Shown here: in pieces, positions 1 to 8,139 of the stretch
Layout of the letters: each line of letters starts with the position of its first letter
How positions within the stretch are numbered: position 1 is the first letter of the stretch
DNA from: Candidatus Kapaibacterium sp.
Lineage (GTDB): Bacteria > Bacteroidota > Ignavibacteria > OLB7
Length of the DNA stretch: 64,000 bases
Direction: 5' to 3'
NCBI GenBank assembly: GCA_035539855.1
Contig: DATLHO010000154.1
Span: forward strand, 11,833 to 75,832
Notes under the pieces: model-generated
Databases searched by the model: none
What the model saw: only the letters and a program-made list of their open reading frames with translations
What the model was told of the DNA's origin: nothing
Made by a program: the position numbers and the translations under genes

Positions 1-114
1 CGTCTCGAAGCCGTCGCTCTCGAGGAGGTGCCTGAGCTCGTCCTGGTTGGCGACGACACGCGTCGCGATGATCTGACGGATCGCGAAGTGCCGTCCCTGT
101 TTTGTCACGCTCAT
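1..114 (-). CDS. argR: arginine repressor ArgR, N-terminal 38 codons only (gene runs off window start)
   Basis: Minus-strand translation from ATG at complement(112..114): MSVTKQGRHFAIRQIIATRVVANQDELRHLLESDGFET, matching the winged-helix N-terminus of ArgR/AhrC. Sits immediately downstream of argF in an arg operon. Not in the ORF track because it is truncated by the window edge. Confidence 0.6.
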   Translation of the reverse strand, partial: MSVTKQGRHFAIRQIIATRVVANQDELRHLLESDGFET

Positions 115-117
115 CGT

Positions 118-1071
118 CTAGGTGATTGAATTCACGAGTCGCCCCGAGTGCGGCTCGTGATTCGTTCGCCAGTGACTGACGAGCCGCGCGACGAGGGCCT
201 TCTGCATGTGCAGCCGGTTCTCGGCCTGGTCGAAGATAATCGACCGCGGTCCGTCGATGACGCCGGCGGTGATCTCCTCGCCGCGATGCGCCGGCAGGCA
301 GTGCATCACCAGGCAGCTCTCCGGCGCCTCCGTCATGAGCCCCTCGTTGATCTGGAACGGCGCGAACGCGGCGTTGCGCGCGGCGGCCTCGGTCTCCTGT
401 CCCATGCTCGTCCAGACGTCGCCGTAGACGATGTCGGCGTTGCGCACGGCGGCGATCGGATCGTTGGTGATCTCGATCGAGCCGACGCCGGCGGCACGCG
501 CGCGCTCGAGCGTCGCGGCATCCGGACCGTAGCCGTCGGGCGCGGCGAGGATGAAGTTCAACGGATAGATCGACGCGGCCTCGATCCACGAGTTCGCGAC
601 GTTGTTGCCATCGCCGACGAACGCGACGGTGAGCCCGGGGCGCAGCCGGTCGTACTGGCGGATCGTGTAGAGATCGGCCAGCACCTGGCACGGATGCGAC
701 AGGTCGGTCAGCGCGTTGACGACAGGGACGCCCGAGTGCTCCGCGAGCTGCTCGATGACGGTGTGCTCGAACAGGCGCGCGACGATCAGTTGCACCATGC
801 CGCCGAGCGTCTTTGCGATGTCGTAGACGCTCTCGCGCGTACCGATGCCGATCCCGTCGTTGTTGAGCGCGACCGAGCGGCCGCCGAGCTGGCCGATGCC
901 GACCTCGAACGAGACGCGCGTGCGCAGCGACGGCTTCTGGAAGATCAGCGCCGCGCTCGTGCCGGCCAGCGGCTGGTACGCGTCGCTGAGGCGCAGCTCG
1001 TCGGCGAGCGTGAAGAGCGAATCGAGCTCGTCCGGCTCGACGTCGAAGATGGTCAGCAGATGATTGGTCAT
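118..1071 (-). CDS. argF: ornithine carbamoyltransferase (anabolic)
   Basis: 317 aa with the STRTR carbamoyl-phosphate binding motif and the HCLP motif. Lies in an arg operon context. Confidence 0.9.
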   Translation of the reverse strand: MTNHLLTIFDVEPDELDSLFTLADELRLSDAYQPLAGTSAALIFQKPSLRTRVSFEVGIGQLGGRSVALNNDGIGIGTRESVYDIAKTLGGMVQLIVARLFEHTVIEQLAEHSGVPVVNALTDLSHPCQVLADLYTIRQYDRLRPGLTVAFVGDGNNVANSWIEAASIYPLNFILAAPDGYGPDAATLERARAAGVGSIEITNDPIAAVRNADIVYGDVWTSMGQETEAAARNAAFAPFQINEGLMTEAPESCLVMHCLPAHRGEEITAGVIDGPRSIIFDQAENRLHMQKALVARLVSHWRTNHEPHSGRLVNSIT

Positions 1072-1145
1072 TGTCGTCGTCTGGCGCCGATCCGGCGTGC
1101 GGATCGAGGGTTACGGATTACGGGTTGCGCGCTGGCCGTCCGGCC

Positions 1146-2024
1146 TCACGCGGCCAGGGCGGCGGCCATTTCCGACAGCGGAGCCGCGTCGCGGACGATG
1201 CGCGTGCCGATGGGCTCGCCCTTGAAGTAGTCGCGCAGCGAGTGCGGCCGGCGACCGTCGAGGATCGCGACCGAGGCGACGCCGTTGTCGAGCGAATCGA
1301 GCGCCGACAACACCTTCGGCACCATGCCGCCGGTGATCTCTCCCGCGTCGATCAGCGCGCGCGCGCCGTCGGACTGCAGGATGTCGACCAGCCCGTCCGA
1401 AGAGTGCACGCCCTCGACGTCGCTGAGGTAGACGAGCGCGACGGCGCCCGTGGCCTCGGCGACGGCTGCGGCCGCCAGGTCGGCGTTGACGTTGAGCACG
1501 GCGCCGTCGCTCGAGAGCGCCAGCGGCGCGATCACCGGCACCATCCGCGAGCGCCACAGCAGTCCGAGCACGTCGACGTCGACCTCGGTGACGTGACCGA
1601 CGAGCCCGAGGTCGATGCCGCCCGCGTCGTGACGCTCGCCGGCGAGCAATCCGCCGTCGACACCGCTGAGGCCGAACGCGTTGACCTGCTGTGCGCGCAG
1701 CGCGCGCACGATCTCCTTGTTCATGCGGCCGGCCAGCGTCATCTCGACGAGCTCGATCGTCTCCTCATCCGTATACCGCTGTCCGTCGATGAACGTCGTC
1801 CGCATGCCCAGCGCCGAGGCCAGCGCGGTGATCCCCGCGCCGCCTCCGTGGACGATCACGACATCGGCGCCCTCGTCGACGAGCCACGCGACATCTTCGG
1901 CAAACGCATCCTCGAGTCCCCCATCGGTCATCGTCGATCCACCGAGCTTGAGTACGACCTTCGGTCGCAGCGTCGGTCCGACGAGCCCCGGGCGTACGCC
2001 CGGTCCTGGTCCGTAGTGCACCAT
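1146..2024 (-). CDS. argB: acetylglutamate kinase
   Basis: 292 aa from MVHYG (the ORF-track entry carries a spurious 313-aa Arg-rich N-terminal extension). KVVLKLGGS glycine-rich loop and amino-acid kinase fold motifs. Start lies 2 nt after the argJ stop. Confidence 0.9.
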   Translation of the reverse strand: MVHYGPGPGVRPGLVGPTLRPKVVLKLGGSTMTDGGLEDAFAEDVAWLVDEGADVVIVHGGGAGITALASALGMRTTFIDGQRYTDEETIELVEMTLAGRMNKEIVRALRAQQVNAFGLSGVDGGLLAGERHDAGGIDLGLVGHVTEVDVDVLGLLWRSRMVPVIAPLALSSDGAVLNVNADLAAAAVAEATGAVALVYLSDVEGVHSSDGLVDILQSDGARALIDAGEITGGMVPKVLSALDSLDNGVASVAILDGRRPHSLRDYFKGEPIGTRIVRDAAPLSEMAAALAA

Positions 2025-2026
2025 CC

Positions 2027-3229
2027 TCAACTCCTGTAGCTCGCGTTGATGTGTATGTACTCCTTCGTCAGATCGCAGGTCCAGAAGTAGACCTCGTGAG
2101 CGCCGTCGCCGAGCGAGATGTCGATGACGACCTCGTCGCGCGAGAGGGCCTCCTTCGCCAGCTCCTCGTCGAGCACGATCTCGTAGTTGCGCAGGATCAC
2201 GGGCACGCCGTTGAGCGCGATCTCGACATCGTCGGGATTGAACTCGATGCCCGAGTATCCGAGCGCGGCCAGCACACGGCCCCAGTTCGCGTCGCAGCCG
2301 TGGATCGCCGTCTTGACCAGATTCGAGTTGGCGACCGAGCGCGCGGCGGCGGTCGCCGCCTCCTCGCTCGCGGCGCCGCGGACGACGACCTCGATGAGCT
2401 TCGTCGCACCCTCGCCGTCGCGGGCGATCATTTTCGCGAGCACGATCATGACGTGCTCGAGCGCGTCGCGGAACTCGATGTAGCGCGCGTCTCCGGCGCT
2501 GACGATCGGCGCGTTGCCGGCGACGCCATTGGCCATCACGATCGCCATGTCGTTGGTGCTCATGTCGCCGTCGACGCTGATGCGATTGAACGAGCGCTCG
2601 GTGACGTGCTTCAGCGCCGGCGTCAACAGCGCCTGGTCGATCGCCAGGTCGGTCGTGATGAAGGCCAGCATCGTCGCCATGTTCGGCGCGATCATGCCGG
2701 AGCCCTTGGCCATCGCGCCGATCGTGATCTGCTGACCGCCGATCGTTACGCGCACCGCGTACTCCTTCAGGCACGTGTCGGTCGTCATGATCGCCTCGGC
2801 GGCATCGCGGGCGTTGGCGCGATCGAGCGCCGCGACGGCCGCCGGGATGCCTTCGAGCACCCGGTCCATCGGCAGGTACTGGCCGATGACGCCGGTCGAG
2901 GAGACCAGCACCTGCTCGGCAGGCACTCCCAGCGCGCTCGCGACGGTGCGGACCATCGTCCACGCGTCGTTGAGTCCGCGCTCGCCGGTGCAGGCGTTCG
3001 CGTTGCCGCTGTTGACGACGACGGCGCTGCAGGGCGCGCCGGTGCGCAGCTGCACGCGATCGACGAGGATCGGCGCCGCCTGTGCCTTGTTCATCGTGAA
3101 GACGCCGGCGACTGCCGCGGGGACGTCGGAGACGAGCAGAGCGAGGTCCTTGCGCGCGCGTCGCAGGCCGCAGTGCACGCCCGCGGCACGAAAGCCCGGC
3201 GGCGCGGTCACGCCACCGTCGATGACCAT
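2027..3229 (-). CDS. argJ: bifunctional ornithine acetyltransferase / N-acetylglutamate synthase
   Basis: 400 aa from MVIDGGVTAPPGF. Contains the conserved ATML self-cleavage site (NMATMLAFITTD). The ORF-track entry is extended upstream by an antisense artefact. Confidence 0.9.
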   Translation of the reverse strand: MVIDGGVTAPPGFRAAGVHCGLRRARKDLALLVSDVPAAVAGVFTMNKAQAAPILVDRVQLRTGAPCSAVVVNSGNANACTGERGLNDAWTMVRTVASALGVPAEQVLVSSTGVIGQYLPMDRVLEGIPAAVAALDRANARDAAEAIMTTDTCLKEYAVRVTIGGQQITIGAMAKGSGMIAPNMATMLAFITTDLAIDQALLTPALKHVTERSFNRISVDGDMSTNDMAIVMANGVAGNAPIVSAGDARYIEFRDALEHVMIVLAKMIARDGEGATKLIEVVVRGAASEEAATAAARSVANSNLVKTAIHGCDANWGRVLAALGYSGIEFNPDDVEIALNGVPVILRNYEIVLDEELAKEALSRDEVVIDISLGDGAHEVYFWTCDLTKEYIHINASYRS

Positions 3230-3249
3230 GGTTCCGGCAGATGCGTCGT

Positions 3250-4329
3250 TCACAGCAGTCCCTCGGTTTCCTGGAAGCCGAACATGATGTTCATGTTCTG
3301 GATCGCCTGTCCGGCAGCTCCCTTTATGAGATTGTCGATCGTCGAAAGCAGCACGAGGCTCCCGGTCGCGTCGTCGACGCGGTAGCCGATGTCGATGAAG
3401 TTCGTCCCGACGACGGCGCCGAGCTCCGGGATCGACGTTGCCGAGATGCGCACGAACGGCGCGTCGGCGTAGGCCCGATCGTAGCTCGCTGTCACGTCGG
3501 CCGCGGTCGCGCCCTCGGCCAGGCGCGCCGTGATGGTGCTGTAGATCCCGCGGGCGATCGGCGCCAGGTGCGGGATGAACGTCACCGACGTCTCGTGCCC
3601 TGCGATCGAGCGGAGCATCGTCGTGATCTCCGGCGTATGCTGGTGCGCGCCGACACGATACGCGCGCACGTTGTCGTGCATCTCGGTGTAGCTCAGCTCG
3701 ACGCTCGATGCGCGGCCGGCGCCCGAGACTCCCGAGAGCGACGAGGCCGTGATCCACTCGGTCACAATGACGCCGTCGCGCACGAGCGGCAGCAGCGGCA
3801 GCAGGATGCTCGTCGGGTAGCAGCCCGGGTTCGCGACAAGAGATGCGCCGGCGATCTCGCCGCTGTTCCACTCGGGCAGTCCGTACGGAACGCTCCCGAG
3901 CTTCGACGGCGCGCTGTGCTCGCGGCCGTAGTAGCGCGCGTACAGCTCCGCGTCGTGCAGGCGGAAGTCTCCGCCGAGGTCAATGACCCGCGCCCGGTTC
4001 GCCGGGAGCCGATCGAGCAGATCCATCGCGTGGCCGCTCGGTAGGGCGACGAACAGGAGATCGGCGTCGAGGCTCTCAATCGTGTCGAGCGACTCGTACC
4101 GCATCCCGATCCGTCCGCGGAGCGCGGGGTAGAGCTCGTCGGCACGCTGGCCGGCGGAGCTCGCCGCGTAAAGCGTCTCGATGCGCACACCCGGATGCCG
4201 CACCAGGAGCTTGATCAGCTCGGTGCCCGAATAGCCGCTTGCGCCGGCGATCGAAACGCGTATGGGTTCTTGATTCACAGTGTGCACGTGGTTGACGACG
4301 CACGAATATACGGCGTAGTGCATAATCAT
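3250..4329 (-). CDS. argC: N-acetyl-gamma-glutamyl-phosphate reductase
   Basis: RVSIAGASGYSG NAD-binding N-terminus and the GCYPT active-site cysteine region. The true start is uncertain (ATG at 4329 or 4323, or GTG near 4278), and the start region overlaps the putative ARG boxes. Confidence 0.85.
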   Translation of the reverse strand: MIMHYAVYSCVVNHVHTVNQEPIRVSIAGASGYSGTELIKLLVRHPGVRIETLYAASSAGQRADELYPALRGRIGMRYESLDTIESLDADLLFVALPSGHAMDLLDRLPANRARVIDLGGDFRLHDAELYARYYGREHSAPSKLGSVPYGLPEWNSGEIAGASLVANPGCYPTSILLPLLPLVRDGVIVTEWITASSLSGVSGAGRASSVELSYTEMHDNVRAYRVGAHQHTPEITTMLRSIAGHETSVTFIPHLAPIARGIYSTITARLAEGATAADVTASYDRAYADAPFVRISATSIPELGAVVGTNFIDIGYRVDDATGSLVLLSTIDNLIKGAAGQAIQNMNIMFGFQETEGLL

Positions 4330-4352
4330 GCATCACGATGCATGATTATTTA
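4317..4352. promoter_or_regulatory. putative ArgR operator: tandem TGCAT-type palindromes (TGCATAATCATGCA / ATGCATCACGATGCAT / TGCATGATTAT) in an AT-rich island at the argC 5' end
   Basis: A run of imperfect palindromes built from TGCAT half-sites with roughly 20-bp spacing, in an otherwise GC-rich genome and exactly at the first gene of an operon that ends in argR. TGCAT half-sites resemble ARG boxes described for high-GC bacteria. Confidence 0.45.
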
Positions 4353-4476
4353 CGAACCTGTGGGCAGGTAGGATCGGCTGTGGATAATGACGGAGGCGGT
4401 GAGGGCCCGGATCAGGCCGGTGCGATGCCGATTCCAGCCCGAAAAGGCCGAATCGGGCCGAGGCTCGGCTTGGAGC

Positions 4477-5286
4477 TCAGCCTAGAGCTCCGGCGAGCGC
4501 GCCGGCAACCAGGGCGCCGACGAGACAGCAGAGAACATTGACCGCATCGTTGCCGACGAACGCCAGCCCCCCGGCGGCCAGAGTCGGGCGGCCGCAGTGC
4601 TCGTCGCGCTCGGTGAGTCGCCCGCAGCTCGGGCAGCGCCGCCGCGCCTGGATCGTGGCGCCGGCGAGGCCGTCGGCGAGCATGCCGGCCACGCCTCCGA
4701 CGGTTGCGGCGACGAGCGTGATGATCGGCGTGGAGCTCCAGGCGATCGCGCTGGCCGAGACGATCGCGGCGCCGGTGATCGCGCCGATCGTCCCGTGGGC
4801 AGAGATTCCGCCGGAGCGCCCCGGCTCGACCCGGCGCAACGTACCGAGCGAGATCACGGGTCCACGCCCGAGAATCCCGATCTCCGTCCCCCACGTGTCG
4901 GCCGCGGCCGCGGCGAGCGATCCGACGACAGCGGCGAAGATCATCGGCGACATCACGGCGTTCTCGCTCGCCAGGTACGCGTACAGCACGAGCGCGCCAG
5001 CAACGCCTCCGTTGGCGAGCACCTGTCCGGCATCGCGCCGGCCGCCCTTCTCGAACGCCTCCTCGGCCCGCGATCGCCGCTCGCCACGACCGATGCGCGA
5101 GAGCGCCGAGCTCAGGACGAAGAAGGTGATCAGCGGCACGCTGGCGCCGAGACCGCCGAGACCGAAGACGACCGCGCCGAGCGTCACCGTGGCGATCGCA
5201 CCCGAGGCGGTCAACGCGGCGGCGCGGTACGCCACGAGCGCGATGGCGCCCGCCGCAACGGTTCCGACAAGAAGGTTCAGGAGCAT
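4477..5286 (-). CDS. DUF92/TMEM19-family integral membrane protein
   Basis: 269 aa, multi-pass hydrophobic, glycine/alanine-rich, resembling the TIGR00297/DUF92 family. Has a CPSCGRLTERDEHCG insert that looks like a zinc ribbon. Confidence 0.45.
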   Translation of the reverse strand: MLLNLLVGTVAAGAIALVAYRAAALTASGAIATVTLGAVVFGLGGLGASVPLITFFVLSSALSRIGRGERRSRAEEAFEKGGRRDAGQVLANGGVAGALVLYAYLASENAVMSPMIFAAVVGSLAAAAADTWGTEIGILGRGPVISLGTLRRVEPGRSGGISAHGTIGAITGAAIVSASAIAWSSTPIITLVAATVGGVAGMLADGLAGATIQARRRCPSCGRLTERDEHCGRPTLAAGGLAFVGNDAVNVLCCLVGALVAGALAGALG

Positions 5287-5369
5287 CGGAGGAAACTACG
5301 GAACGGCAGATGGGCGGTGATGAGTCTTCGTAGCAGTCTGTACAGCCGGGACTCCGGCGACGGCGAAGC

Positions 5370-5399
5370 TTGCAAACCGGAGACCCGTGGGCATATATT
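5370..5399 (+). promoter_or_regulatory. candidate sigma70-type promoter for tRNA-Leu (TTGCAA, about 18 nt spacer, TATATT)
   Basis: Hexamers read directly from the sequence. The -10 element ends about 16 nt before the tRNA 5' end. Confidence 0.3.
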
Positions 5400-5415
5400 T
5401 GTTTTCCTCTCAGCT

Positions 5416-5498
5416 GCGGAAGTGGTGAAATTGGCAGACACGCCATCTTGAGGGGGTGGTGCCCACAAGGCGTGCGGGTTCAAGTCCCGCCTTCCGCA
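5416..5498 (+). tRNA. tRNA-Leu (anticodon GAG), class II with long variable arm; CCA not encoded
   Basis: Manual fold. Acceptor stem GCGGAAG/CTTCCGC. D-arm GGTG...CACG. Anticodon stem CCATC/GGTGG with loop TTGAGGG. Variable arm GCC-CACAA-GGC. T-arm GCGGG-TTCAAGT-CCCGC. Discriminator A. Strongly similar to canonical bacterial tRNA-Leu. Confidence 0.85.
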
Positions 5499-5605
5499 CA
5501 GTCGAAGTCCCAGTAGTCGCAAGACTGCTGGGGCTTTTGCGTTTCAGCCCCGCGACTCGCCGGAAACGACGACGTCGACGACAGCCCCGACCCCCGAAAG
5601 CCACC

Positions 5606-5650
5606 CACCCCCTCTCCGTATTCGGAGAGGGGGCAGGGGGTGAGGTTCAC
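5606..5650 (+). repeat. dispersed GC-rich palindromic repeat, copy 1 (CCCCTCTCCGTATTCGGAGAGGGGGCAGGGGGTGAGGTTCA)
   Basis: Near-identical copies at 8084-8118 and, reverse-complemented, at 28798-28845. Core is an 11-bp stem with a 4-nt loop. All three copies lie at the 3' ends of minus-strand genes. Confidence 0.8.
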
Positions 5651-7197
5651 CGCGCCTCGACCACCCCCGACGCTCCGGAGTAATCGATGATATACACCGC
5701 CCGGTCTCCAGTCTTCCCCACCGCCACTATCGTCGACGGCGCAATCCATCGTATCGAGCTCGAGAAGATCCCGCGGTACTCGTTGAGCGCGAGGATGGGA
5801 ATCCCTGCCGGCGGAGTGAGCGGGCGACCGTCGGTCAGGTGATGGCGTCGAACCACCATGGTTTCATCTTCGCGGAGCACGAGCTCGAGAGTGTCGCCGT
5901 TCACGTGCGCCGCCGCGGAGTTGAATTGCCAGAGCGTTTCAAACTCGACGCCCGACGATCTCACAATTCCCCTTTGCCACGTCGGGCGGCCGGCTTCGTC
6001 GAAGGCGAGAAGAATGACGTCTTCGGTGATCGCCTGCGCCGGGGGCCTCGCTGAGCCGTAGGCCATTACGCGTCTGAACTTGCGCTCTTCGGCGATCACG
6101 ACATGTCGTGCAGCGCCGGTCGTCGATCCAACGACCTGGGCGATCGTTCCCCAGTCGACCCCGTCGTCGTCGATCAGGGATTGGGTGAGGCGACTGCCGA
6201 GCTCCAGGACCGGACGCGCGTCGATGTCGCGACCGGGCGCGAGGCGGACGAGCTGCACGGCGGTGAGGTATCGTCCATCGCGCCCCTCGACGACAAGGAC
6301 GAGCGCGCCGTCGCCCTCGGTCCATCCATGGAATCCGGTGATGTCGACTGTCCCGGGATCGCTCGGAGTATCGAAGGCGAACCTCGTCGTGCTCGCGTCG
6401 CCCGCCCGCCCGCTTCGATGGATGACGACGGTGCGCGGAGGCTCGATCCCGACGAGATAGGCTGCGCCGTCGGAGCCCAGATAGACGTGGGGTTTCCCGA
6501 ACTCTTCGCCGTCGACACTGAAGGCCGCGCGACGCTCGATGGTGCCGTCGAATCCGGCGACGATGAGCTCGTGCCGATCGAGCGATCGATCGACAGAATC
6601 GAACATGACGTGCGAAATGACAAACGACGAGCTGTCGGGAGCGATCGCGGACGACATCCATGCCCCCTGGGGGGCGTCGCCGGAGGCGCTGTACACGAGT
6701 CGCGACGCGATGGGCTCGCCACTGGATGCGTCGAACTGTCGTGCGATGACGTAGCCGGTATCGTGGACGCGCGTTCCGTCATTGACTCGACTGCTCACCA
6801 GAGAGATGCGGCCTCCGCGCTCGAACAGGTGCAGAAGTACCTCCTGCCCCTCGGAGGCGTCGCCGAGCACCTCTATGGGCCATTCCGTCCACGGTACGTC
6901 CCGCACATCGGCCGGCAACGTAGGCACCGTCGACCAGCGCGTCTCTCCCGAACGCGTCACCCGCGTGAGCCGGAGTTGTCCGGGCATCGAGCTGTCGCGA
7001 TGAACGTAGACGAGATCAGTCCCGATCGGGACGATTGCCGAGGCGCCGTCGGCGCCTGACGGGATTACAGCATGAGGTATGGTGGCAATCGTGACTCCGT
7101 TCGTGGGCGAGATCGTTCCGACGTACGGGTAGGCGCACGACGAGAGCACCAGTGCCACGAATGCGAACGGTGCTGTCGTGAAGAGAAGTCGATTCAT
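5647..7197 (-). CDS. hypothetical lipoprotein (signal peptide plus LSSC lipobox)
   Basis: 516 aa. N-terminal hydrophobic leader ending in a lipobox cysteine. No recognisable catalytic motifs. Confidence 0.6.
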   Translation of the reverse strand: MNRLLFTTAPFAFVALVLSSCAYPYVGTISPTNGVTIATIPHAVIPSGADGASAIVPIGTDLVYVHRDSSMPGQLRLTRVTRSGETRWSTVPTLPADVRDVPWTEWPIEVLGDASEGQEVLLHLFERGGRISLVSSRVNDGTRVHDTGYVIARQFDASSGEPIASRLVYSASGDAPQGAWMSSAIAPDSSSFVISHVMFDSVDRSLDRHELIVAGFDGTIERRAAFSVDGEEFGKPHVYLGSDGAAYLVGIEPPRTVVIHRSGRAGDASTTRFAFDTPSDPGTVDITGFHGWTEGDGALVLVVEGRDGRYLTAVQLVRLAPGRDIDARPVLELGSRLTQSLIDDDGVDWGTIAQVVGSTTGAARHVVIAEERKFRRVMAYGSARPPAQAITEDVILLAFDEAGRPTWQRGIVRSSGVEFETLWQFNSAAAHVNGDTLELVLREDETMVVRRHHLTDGRPLTPPAGIPILALNEYRGIFSSSIRWIAPSTIVAVGKTGDRAVYIIDYSGASGVVEAR

Positions 7198-7227
7198 CCC
7201 GAGACACCTGGGTAGTTGAGGATAGGC

Positions 7228-7968
7228 TCATTCGGCCGGAGGCGGGACGACTTCGTCGGATTCCCTCATGCGGCGGCCGAACATCCCGGTGTACAGCAGC
7301 ATCGCCGAGAACGTGCCGGCATGCAGTTCCTCGCCGGTCTCGTAGTCGCTGCCGTAGACCTCGTCGCCGAGCTCGGCGATCAGCTGCAACTTGAAGACAC
7401 CCGGGATGAACCGCGGCGAGACATAGCTGACCTCGCCGACGACGATCGGTGTCCAATACCCAATGTCGATTGTGAACTCCCGCGCCGAGTATTGCTGACC
7501 GAAGCCCAAACCTACCCCGAGCTTCTGTCGCCACCCCCACGCGGCATCGGCGCCATACTTCAGCATCGCGTGAATCGGCACGCTGACGAAAAGCCCCGGA
7601 CCACCGCTCGACGAGCTGTAGGAACCCGGGAGCGTCGGCTGTGGGGTACTGTACGGTCCCCTGTCGTTCGGACTCCCCGCTACCACCTTCTCGATGAAGA
7701 CCCGCCCGGAGATCGACAGGCCGAGACCGAGCTGGTCAACGATCCGCACGAGCGGCCAGTTCCACCCGAAGCCAAGCGCCACGCCCTCGAACGTCCTCGT
7801 CGGCCTCGGCCCGGAATCGACGGGATACGGCGAGTCGACGTCCATGCGTCCGTAGCCCACCCCCACCTCGACACGACCGAGATAGTTTCCTATAGTCTGG
7901 GCACTCGCTGTATCGACGGTCAGGAGCAGCAGCGACAGGATCGCAAACGGTAGAATCGTCGAAGGCAT
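7228..7968 (-). CDS. hypothetical outer-membrane beta-barrel-like secreted protein
   Basis: Start taken at MPSTILPFAILSLLLLTVDTASAQ (signal peptide). Alternating hydrophobic/aromatic pattern, glycine-rich, C-terminal aromatic residue. The upstream 36 codons in the ORF-track entry are likely not translated. Confidence 0.5.
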   Translation of the reverse strand: MPSTILPFAILSLLLLTVDTASAQTIGNYLGRVEVGVGYGRMDVDSPYPVDSGPRPTRTFEGVALGFGWNWPLVRIVDQLGLGLSISGRVFIEKVVAGSPNDRGPYSTPQPTLPGSYSSSSGGPGLFVSVPIHAMLKYGADAAWGWRQKLGVGLGFGQQYSAREFTIDIGYWTPIVVGEVSYVSPRFIPGVFKLQLIAELGDEVYGSDYETGEELHAGTFSAMLLYTGMFGRRMRESDEVVPPPAE

Positions 7969-8083
7969 GGTCGGTATGTCGTTACGTGTCGGTAAACGCA
8001 GGGGATGTTTCCGAAGATAGGGCCGACAACACAATGCCCCTCCCCAAGACAACCCCATCCCCCAAAAACCAAACACCCCCTCT

Positions 8084-8118
8084 CCGTATTCGGAGAGGGG
8101 GCAAGGGGTGAGGTTCAG
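8084..8118 (+). repeat. dispersed GC-rich palindromic repeat, copy 2
   Basis: Shares the core of copy 1 (CCCCTCTCCGTATTCGGAGAGGGGGCAAGGGGTGAGGTTCA), with one A/G difference. Confidence 0.8.
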
Positions 8119-8139
8119 CCGGGTGTAAGGGCTGAGGGC

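Noticed and set aside
148-1230. 360-aa plus-strand ORF antisense to argF; similarly 1071..2039, 2051..3385, 3241..4044, 4412..5446 and 4538..5451
   Set aside because: Arg/Ala/Asp-rich low-complexity translations lying opposite well-supported genes. These are typical open antisense frames in very GC-rich DNA.
1146-2963. 605-aa track ORF for argB
   Set aside because: Only the C-terminal 292 aa (from MVHYG) are ArgB. The upstream 313 aa are an Arg-rich read-through across argJ in another frame.
5277-5604. Short ORFs overlapping the tRNA-Leu and the palindromic repeat (5277..5522, 5410..5604, 5456..5683)
   Set aside because: They overlap a structurally convincing tRNA and a repeat. Their shared peptide (HPLSVFGEGAGGEV) merely reflects the repeated DNA.
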